Of a stretch of DNA of 64,000 bases, positions 54,401 through 64,000 are shown piece by piece. The stretch spans positions 18,128,628-18,192,627 of the forward strand of contig CM119263.1 of the NCBI GenBank assembly GCA_051294375.1, written 5' to 3'. The position numbers and the translations under genes are program-made. A model generated the notes under the pieces. The model had not been told where the DNA came from and ran no database searches. It saw only the letters and a program-made list of their open reading frames with translations. This stretch comes from Paraspadella gotoi (Eukaryota; Animalia; Chaetognatha). Numbering within the stretch: position 1 is the stretch's first letter; each line of letters starts with the position of its first letter.

Positions 54401-54921
54401 AAAGTCAAAAAATAAACATAACTCGACTATTTAAATATCAAAGATCCATGATGTCATTTTCCCTGACTCGCTTACTTTCGTTCTTTCTCTTTGACGTTCG
54501 TTTTCTTATTTCTATCTTTATTTCTTTGCTTCTTATTAATTACATTTCCCTATCCTTTTCCTTTGTCCGACCTCAACTCTCCACTTGCATTCGAAACCGA
54601 AGAAACCAAAGGATGAGACAAGAAAGACTTCCTTTGAGATTTCATGAGGTTCATGATTGGAAGAATCAATTATTTAAACGGAAATCGTGAAAGATTGAAC
54701 GAGGAATGAAGGCGGATTTAGGGAAGGAGGAAGTCGGATAGAGGGACTCGATTGGATTTCAGACTCACGACTCAATCGCCTGACTCAGACTGAGTCAAAG
54801 AAAGATTCTCGAGAATCTATAAATTTCTCACTCAAAATTTATCGCAAACTTCCTTTAAGCTAATATTTTTCATGCTTCTCTAAATTTTTAGCTGTTTTTA
54901 TGTTGATAACCTGAACCGTGT

Positions 54922-54990
54922 TCGTGGGTTCAGACTGTTCACTGTTCAGTGAACACTGTTCACTGAACAGTGAACAGTCTGAACACACGA
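54922..54990. repeat. Foldback inverted repeat, 28-bp perfect arms (34 bp with one mismatch), 1-nt centre
   Basis: gttcagactgttcactgttcagtgaaca-c-tgttcactgaacagtgaacagtctgaac, flanked by tcgtg/cacga. Confidence 0.95.
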
Positions 54991-56114
54991 TGTTTTTCTC
55001 ATTCTTTTGTCGCTTCAACATACTTTATTTTTATTACTTCTTCTTTAATCTTTGGTAACAACAGCCAGCTTTTTCCTGCGCTTCGTCGCCAAAAAAACGG
55101 AAAAGGAAAGTAAAGGAAACGAGAAACGTGAAAAACTCGGAGAAAAACAATAAAAATAAAAAGAGACGGTCTTTCCTCTTCGATTGCAATTCGAATATTC
55201 GACGACGGAAATATACGGATACTACGTTTTTCATTAATTTTAATGAAGCTTCAATCTCCGGCGCGTGAAGTCTCATACGTATGACAGCGGTATGCACAAT
55301 GCACAATTGCACATTGTACAAGGAACATGAAATCCGTTGCCATTTAAGACAGTTCTTACGAGTCATGTTAATAATTTCTGTACCTGTATTTTTATATTCA
55401 ATGAAAGATTAGAAAATATGAATAGTGATTTTGTTCAAATAATAGGTATTTACTTATGATTATTATTTACCCTAGTTATATGTATTTAAAATTTTATCAG
55501 CCATTTCTAAAATTAAAAGTAAATGTTTTATAACTATGTGGGGCCGCTCGTTATCCCGACCAATCACCGTCGAGAATTTCGGAGAAAAAACTCCTCCAGA
55601 ATTATGCATCGTCCTCTTGGAAATGAATTGGACATAGTTTTTATTATATCTCATTCAATTCAAGCGGGTTATCGGAAGTGTGTCATTAAACATTTTTTAT
55701 GCCGGTTATCATGCATTTAAAACGTTTATTAATTTGGTATTTTCTACCGTGATTTGATTTTAGTACTACTTAAAGACTTAGAACGTATCAGTAATTTTCA
55801 TTAGTCTTTTCTTTTTTGAATTTTTGAACTTTTTCCCCTGCTGATGGATATAACTTTACTCAACCGTATATTCTTTTTTAGAAAACCGTTAAATTTTTAT
55901 ACTTCTACAATGTATTAACAAATAAAAATTATACAATCATCAACCAGTTTCAATATAATTCTACAATTCTACAATCAAAAAATCCGTTTAAAGCAAAAAC
56001 TATTAACAAAGAAAAAGTGAAAAACAATTAAGTAATGAATTAAAAATAATAACAAACATACTAAGAAACAAAAAATAAACTACTTCAAAGAAACTAAAGT
56101 CAATACGAAGCGGC

Positions 56115-57456
56115 TCAGTTCATTTTTCCCGAAGTGCAAATGCACCAAATGGACGGCTTCAACGAAATCACGACGCAGTCACCGTGACACGCCTGATGAT
56201 CATCAGAGCTCGAAACACGCCTGTCTTCGATCGGCGGCGTCGTCGCAACAGGCGGCGCCTCCCACGCCTTCGACACCAACGCGCTTTTGATGTTTCCGTC
56301 GGCGACTCCGTCCACTTTCATCCTTTTAAATAAATAATAGTCCCGGACGATTTTGTAAAACCGCCGGTCTTGGACGGAGTGCCGCGAATCATTGGCGATG
56401 GTGACGAAGGCGAATTGGATCGCCGACGAGTAGGTGGGGGTCTTCGGAGGTAGGGGAGAAGAAGATAAAGACAATGAATTAATAGGGTGAACAAGGTTAT
56501 CGTTTTCTTAATCGATAGTATATCAAGAAAAGTATTCGTATAATAAATATTTTTTTGATTGTACTCAATTTTGTAATTATTTTTAAAATTTATCGATCTG
56601 AATTCTTGCCAAGACCTAATCACTATCCAAATTAATTCTTTAAATAACATTTACTGCTAATAAATTCAGTCAATGAAAAATCAGGATAAAAAAATTATAA
56701 AAGCTTAACCAATGAAAGCGTAGTTAATCAATGTACGCCATGATATCAATAATTCTAATGTAGGTTTGCTTTGGGAAAAGGGGTAAACTCGGATAAAGCT
56801 ATAAAATAATTCTAATAAAAAGTCTCAACAGGAAGTTTTAACAATGAATAATTTGCTGTAGTATAAGGCTAGATATACTATGTTAAAGTTTTGGGATAAA
56901 TTTACGGTTTCTGACATTAACTTATAAAATTTATTTAACATGTACAGTTAAATTATTTCTGAAGAGACAGTAATAATTGTTATGTGTTAGTGACAGAACC
57001 GTTCAATATAAGCAGTCCCTGAGCTTAGGATCAGGCTGTAACACCATGTTACAGGCGGGTTAAGCGCCCCGTCCCTCTTAACTGCCAGACGACCACCGGG
57101 CTAGAACCCGGGACCTTTTGGGTTGGGAGGTGAATGACTTGCCTCCGGCACCAATGGTCGCTGATGAACGGTTGGTGGATTTTAGTCCAGCATAATTCAT
57201 TCATTTATTCGTTTATTCATTCATTCCTTCATTAATTCATTAATTTTTGAATTGGCGCGAAAAAAAGGAATTCCTGTATTTTTTATCTCTATTATTCTCT
57301 CCATTATTCTCTTGAGTTCAGCAAACTCACCTCACCTAAAAAGCCCGCTGTGAACGGGTCAAACGTTCCTTGTTCCATCGTCTCCATTGTTTTCGCTAAA
57401 GATAAGCCTCCTCGGTCAAATTGCTTCGAGAAATCGTTTCTCTCTCCGCCGGACAT
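56115..57456 (-). CDS. Putative 2-exon gene, 150-aa protein of unknown function
   Basis: Exon 57456-57331 (ATG...GAG|gtgagt, 42 codons) joins in frame to exon 56441-56115 (pyrimidine tract + aag|, ends in TGA): MSGGERNDFSKQ...DPFTAGFLGE-TPTYSSAIQFAFVTIANDSRHSVQDRRFYKIVRDYYLFKRMK...WCICTSGKMN. Both exons are GC-richer islands in AT-rich DNA. No family recognised. Confidence 0.45.
56960..57192 (-). mobile_element. tRNA-derived short interspersed repeat (family A, copy 2), in the intron of the putative orphan gene
   Basis: Aligns by eye along its length with 5418-5640; tRNA-like head at 57161-57089. Confidence 0.7.
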
Positions 57457-60400
57457 TTTGTTGTTATTCCGTCCTTTTTTTTTCGGTACAATTGAAGACT
57501 ATTATATTTCCATCGAAAATATATGTCATTAATCCATGGCATTGACCACCCAAAGGTCAAGTTGACTTCGGCTTCCCTCTTTCTCCATCTCTACATACGT
57601 ACCATCACATACCCTTTCCTTCCCTCACTCTTTTATTATCATATTTTATTATTGACGAGTCGACAGTGTTGCAAGAGAGAAGGAGCAATTCATTTTTTAC
57701 CGCCAGTTCGTCTTTTTTCCCTGCTCGCCTAAAAAAAAAACCCCAAAAAACTGACGAGGTTAAAAAGCGATCCGAAATTCTGATTTGCTTCCGTCGTCGG
57801 TCAGGGACGACGTTGGTCGGGAAAAGTAGAGTTGGTGGGGAGAGAAAAAGGTAAGTATAAGGATAGAACCTTTTTTAAAGAGAAGTATGAAGACTTGAAG
57901 AGCATTAGCGATAGATTGAGTTTGATGGGTCGAGAAAAGTTGAGCGTAGGTTTAGCGAAAGCGAAAAATCCACTGATAGAGGTAGGGGTCAAGGCGAAAC
58001 TCATATATACTCAATAAAAATAGATTATTTTAACCTTACATTTACTTGAACGAATTTTACTGACGAGCTATCTCAGGAAATTTCAGATACAAAATTATTA
58101 AAGCCTAAGACTTCGTCTAACTTAAACTTAACTTAACTACAACGTCAACGCCACATAAAATCCAACAATCTAACGACGGTGTCGTCGCAGTTGTCGTCGT
58201 CGTCGTAGCAGTCGAGCGAATCACCGGCGAAAGTCAAGTGAGAAGCAAACAACATTAAATTTAACTCTCTCGACGAAGTAATGAAGTCTGCAGTTCTCAA
58301 TGCGATTCTTGGTGATGGAGAATCAACTCTTTCACAGATGATCTTTCCCAATTTTAAACCTTTCTATTTTTTTTTCACAGTTTAAACCTAAAATGTATTA
58401 AGACATTCAACATCTCCTGACTCACCGCTTCGATTTCCTTCTCAATTCGCTGATCCTTTGTACCCTTTTCATTCTTCTCCTTTCCTTTGTTCCTTCTTTT
58501 ACAACCCGCACTGACCCACAGTGAATTTTTGGCTGAATAGAATCTATCTGCTTTGATCCTTCTTAACTCTCATTCATCTTTCCAGATCTTCCCTTAATTC
58601 ATCCTCATCCTGAGCCTCCTTCCTTCTTAGTCCTCCTCCTCCTACTCCTCCTCCACCTCAAACTCTTAATACTCACCCCCCCCTTAATCGCGCCCGCTCC
58701 TTCACTTCAGGTCGTTCAACGATTTTTTCTTAAGGGGGGAGGTGGGGGGGGGGAGAACTTTTTTTTCGCAGCTCGTCTTCGCCATCATTGGCGCCTCTCC
58801 ATTTTTAGCGCCTTCCCATCATTTGACGCCTTTCCCATTTCACCTCCTTCACATCATTAACGATTTTCTGTTTCACCTGGCACAATTATTGATTTTGCAA
58901 TTTCTTTTTTTTTTTTTTTGGTTTTGTTGAATGTACGTAGATCGATCGTTCCATTAGCGATTACTTTTCGTTTTACTTTTTATCACTTTCATATCATTTT
59001 CTCCGCTTATCGTTTTCTATTTCAGATCGTTTTTCTTCCAGCCATTGACGTCTTTTCAAGTTATCTCTTTCTCATTGACGCCTGTCACTTTTTTCCCCTT
59101 TCTTCACTCTTCTTTTTTTCCCTTTTTTTTTTCTCGCCTCGAAATAACTGATTTCCCCACAGGCAGTTTCCTCCCTTCACAGCCGCCCTCTTATTCCCTC
59201 CTCTTTGCGACGTTCGGCCATTTTCCATCCTTCATCTCTGTCCCGCCTTTTTTTCCCGCGGCTTCCTTCCTTCCTTTCTTTTTCCCTTCTTCACGGCTTC
59301 CTTTCCTCCTTCTCTTTTTCCTCCCTTTTTTTCACGGCTTCTTCCCTTACTTTTCATCAGTTTTTTCTCCCTTCTTTTACTGGTGGCTTCCTTCTCTTTC
59401 TTTATCTTTGGTTTCCGCTCAGAGGATTCTGCTCATCGATTCGCGTCCTTTTAAAAACGCCCTCGCCGCTTTTGAAATTCAAGACTCCAAGTCTCTTTCC
59501 TACATTGCGTTCCCTTTCTCCGCCATTTTTGGTGAGAATCTTCCTTCTATTCTTTGCAGGTGGATGTCCTTTTGACTTTGACTCGTTTCCCTGAAATAGA
59601 TGATATCTTGCAGGTTTCACTTTTTTATTTTTTGGAATGAAAAATGTTTAGAATTCAGAAAAATTAACAAAATATAATAATATAATAATATAATAATCCC
59701 AAAATATAGTAGCATACCCTCCTTGGAAAAGAACTGGACTTTCTTGATGGAGAACCCTGTAGAACTCGACCAGGTCCTACTTCACTTTACATTACTTCAA
59801 TGATTTTAATAATTTTAATTTTAGCAAATTTTCAAATAAACCATATATATATGTACTTTTCAGCAGAGGCGATGTCTTTTTTGTATCATTCTCAGTTTTT
59901 CAACAGTTAAAAAGCTCCAAAACCATAATACGGAAAAACTGTTTAAATCTATGATAATTTTTTGACTTGATAAATAATTTCGTGACAGAAAATACGAGTT
60001 TTATCATGTCATCGGTGGGTAAAATGCAGACAGTTGTGACTAAAACGCCAGATGTGGAAGAAAACGCAAAGTTTTCTTCGTTAAATGGTCTAGTAAATTA
60101 AGTCACTCCAATCTAATTTAGATTTAGACGGCTGAGTTTTTTTCCCAAATCTTTTAAGCAATAATGTGAAAACGAAATCCTAAAAGGACCTAAAATAAAA
60201 AAAAGTGCTTGAAGGAGATGTAGCTCGAATAGTTAATAGTTTATTTGGATATGAAATGTAATTAGGTTTGTTTGTAAGTATGAAAACCAACAGCTTGTTC
60301 TCTCTCCGATCAAATAGGAAAAGATACAATTGAATTTGAAGCGCGGTTTTAATAATAAAAAAAAAAGAAAAAGAAAGAAATTTAACTTCAGCGAACGCGA

Positions 60401-62539
60401 TGGAATTCTTCGCGGGGAGTTTCTTGATCGGATTATTTTGGGTCGAACTCAACCACAAGCTTTTAAAATCATGAGACACTGAACGTTGCACAACTTTGAA
60501 GGTTATCTCCCGGCGCCGTTAGCGAACGAAAAAGCAACGACCGGAAAACCCGGTGGATGACCTCGAGGTCCAAGGTTCGATACCCCACTCAGGCAATTCT
60601 CTTTTCTTCTCTTTTTTTTTCGTTGTTTTTCCACGTCTCTGAACTTTAACCAACGACCCCAATGGCTTCTTTAACGTGTGTGTGAGTTTTTTGGGTTTTT
60701 TTTACTGCGACCCAATTTCTTCACAAAAATCGTTCCCTGAATATCGAATTCCAAAAACAATAACAAAAAAAAAAACGAGGGAAAAAGAAATCCATTTTTC
60801 TTAGGACTCCGTTTTAAAAGTCTCGTCGTCGTCGTCGTCGTTCGTCGTCGTTATTCGTGGTTGTTGTCATTGTCGGGGTCTCTTCTCAGTTCGTCTTTCC
60901 GTAGTTTTGTTATCCTCGGTTTTTCAAAGAACGTTTTTCATTCTGTTTTTCATCACTTTTCTTTCTTTCGGCCTTTTTTTTTCCGAAAGCGGCCTATTTC
61001 AGCTTAAATCTATAATAAATTTGTTTCCATGGTTTAAAAAATTAAAAAGTTAAGCGTAAGGATAAGGATTATGTTAGGCATGAGATTTTAGCATTAGATA
61101 GGGGAATTTAGACTGTTACGGGATAAGAATTAAAATTTAATAAGATGCTAGGTTATAGTAGGATGAGAGGACAGAATGTTAACGATTTGATAAACATTTA
61201 AAATAAGACGAAGGTAAAATGTCCCCACGTTAAATTTAGAGTTGGACCGTCTGAAAATAGTCCCCGTTTTTCTCAATTTTTTTGGTTTCTTTTTAAATTT
61301 TAACTCATACTTTAACTCTTCCCCTACGTTCTTCTTGTCACCAGTCTCTTCTTCGTTTAGCTTTTCAATTCGTCCTTACCCCACCTCACCCACCGGACCG
61401 TTTTTCCAAAGTTTCGGTTCTTACCCCCAACTCACCCCACCTGACGTTTTCCTTCATCCTGATTCCTCTTCAATTTCCCACGGAAAAAAAAAACATTAGG
61501 CAACGGAAAAAACAGTCGAGTCACCTTTCTCACTGCGAATAAACAGAGTCACAGAAAAAGCTCAGTTGCGAATCGGACGTGCGGGAGGAAGAACAACAAA
61601 CCAGACTGAGGTCCACTGAAAATTCTTTAAATAAACAAAACCATATAGTCGCGTCGCTTAACGCATGTGTTTATTGCCGAGGAGTAAGTGCCTTTCAGGG
61701 TCTGACCCTTCCTGCGGATATCAGAGAGGAGAACATGGGGGATTTTCACCTTCGAATTAATGTTTTGGGTCAAGTTTTTTCCCCCTGGAAAGACAAGTTT
61801 AGACGATGTCGTCATTCAATCTTTTTAAAAATGCTGTCGTCTCTCTTCCTACGAATAACGAGAAGAGGGTTATCTTCTGGTTACGAGTTTTGACTTAAAG
61901 GGTTGTTATTTGTAGAATTAGTTTTTAAAATTAATTTTTAGAAACCACTTTTTTTGTAATTCTAACGGCTACGCCAATCGATCATTCTACATTTTCGTTA
62001 TCAGCCTATTATCACTAGAGATTCCTTAACCGTTAAAAATTAACGTTATAATAACGGTTTAAAATTTTTTTTAACTTAACCGTAAATTATTTTTTTTTAG
62101 CGGTTATTTTTAAAATTTAGCAAAGTTACCTACAACGGTTAAAAAAGGTCAGGTTTTGACGGTTAACCGACTGTTTAGAAAAATAGACGCGTTACAATTT
62201 AAAATTAAAACTAACTCTAATTATCCACTGCTCTCCTGCCAGTCTGCTATTCACATTTATTCAGTTTCGTGACGGACTTAATTGCTTAACCAAACCGATT
62301 AAATCCTTGCTAGTCCTGGCACTTTCATTCGTTTAATCCAACTAAAATCGGAAACCGAAATATCCTATAACAATTTCCTCGGTTCAGCGTTTGCTGATTC
62401 CACCATTTTTCCTTTCCAAAAACTTCGATAGAAACCTCACAATCCAAACACACTTTCCCCTTTTTTCTTCTTTCTTTTTCAGTTCTTGATTTTTCTCGTG
62501 TGAAGAGTTCCGTTGGGAAAAAAATCTCCTGTTGCAAGG

Positions 62540-62571
62540 TCTATCTCTCTCTCTCTCTATTCCTCTCTGCT

Positions 62572-62625
<54 letters not shown>

Positions 62626-62855
62626 CTTCTCTCTTTTTCTCTCTCTTAATCCCGCTCTCTCCACTTCGGAAAAACGAAAACCGGGTAACAAACAATAAAC
62701 AAAACAAATAGAAATTCGCAACGCCCTCTTAAAAGGACCCCTTCCCGGTCTTGTTTTTTGTCTGTCCGCTTAAATTAGGTGCGCCTAATTTCGCCGAAAA
62801 ACCAAACCAGTTTCTCTCTCTCTTCTCTTCTCTCTCTCTCTTTTCTCTCTCTCCT

Positions 62856-62899
<44 letters not shown>

Positions 62900-63076
62900 C
62901 TCTCTTCTTTAATTCCGCTCTCTCCACTTCGAAAACGAAAACCGGGTAAACAAACAAGTAAACAACATTATAGAAATCGCAACGCCCTCTTAAAAGGACC
63001 CCTTCCCGTTTTTGTTTTTTTCGTCTTGTCCGCTTCTTAATTTAGCGAGCGCCTAATTTCGCCGAAAACAAACCAG

Positions 63077-63163
<87 letters not shown>

Positions 63164-63418
63164 TCTCTTCTCTCTTCTCCTCTCTCTTTTCTCTTCTTTA
63201 AATCCCGCTCTTCTCCACTTCGAAAACGAATAACCGGGTCGTAAACAAACAGTAACAAAACAAATTAGAAATTCGCAACGCCCCTCTTAAAAGGACAAAC
63301 CCTTCCCGTCTTTTGTTTTTTTCGTCTGTCCGCTTCTAAATTTAGGGTGCGCCTAATTTGCCGAAAAACAAAAACCAGATCTCCTCCCCTTCTCTCTTCT
63401 TCTCTCTCTCTCTCTTCT

Positions 63419-63450
<32 letters not shown>
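62540..63450. repeat. Three tandem copies of a ~270-300-bp unit, each beginning with a (CT)n tract
   Basis: The unit ...ccgctctctccacttcg...cgcaacgccctcttaaaaggac...gcgcctaattt...aaaccag occurs three times with indel noise. Confidence 0.85.
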
Positions 63451-63452
<2 letters not shown>

Positions 63453-63831
63453 GGACTTTTGACTACCCTCTTCCTTCCTTTCAGCTCCCAAACTCTGCCC
63501 CTTTGATTTTTTTACTACGTATGGAAACGATGGAATTTTCAATAATTTTACGGTTAAAATAATAATAAAAACGCCATAGATCTTTTAGAACGCCCTTTTG
63601 TGGATTGTGGAATTCCTAAAGACCACTAAGACCATTAACCACACTTTAAACCAAGGGCAACTACCAACGCTTAAACATAACTGTCGTGTATCGACGCCAT
63701 CTCGCACCCGGGAAACTTCGACGAGGGAAGTAAACTTCGCCTTTACAATTTTTTGGTTATTCGCTGAGCATTGTTCAGTGAGGAGGTAGTTTTCAGTTCA
63801 AAGAACCTTCGAAGAGAGAACCCTGAACGTC

Positions 63832-63874
<43 letters not shown>

Positions 63875-64000
63875 TCTTCTCTCTCTCTCTCTCTCTCTCT
63901 TCTCATCCTTCATTTTGACTCACCTTCTTCTTCCATCTTTTCGTTGGGCGCCGACGCTGGCGCCGACGGAACTTCAAGTTGAATCGCTTCTTTGAACTCG

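Noticed and set aside
60560-60596. tRNA 3'-half-like segment (ggtccaaggttcgatacccc)
   Set aside because: No matching 5' half or A box; at most a fragment.

Overview
Eukaryotic (most likely invertebrate animal) draft-genome window with AT-rich introns, abundant (AG)n/(GAC)n microsatellites and several N gaps. Gene models were read by hand from GT-AG splice sites. (1) A minus-strand rabphilin/Noc2-type Rab effector gene runs from ~19.5 kb off the left edge. (2) A complete 4-exon, 566-aa 'large' Rab GTPase gene lies on the same strand inside the 13-kb intron that splits that effector's Rab-binding zinc finger. (3) A plus-strand 6-exon, 936-aa type II membrane protein fuses a STELLO/DUF288 domain to a second glycosyltransferase-like domain. 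(4) A possible small 2-exon orphan gene lies at 56-57 kb. Just upstream of the STELLO-like gene is a ~240-nt, highly base-paired, strand-specific RNA-like element (G-U-rich stems, GAAA tetraloop, kissing loops) that I cannot assign to a known family. Also present: tRNA-derived repeats, perfect palindromes, a hairpin cluster between 11-bp direct repeats, and a 6.1-kb tandem duplication at 25-N gaps that is probably an assembly artefact.
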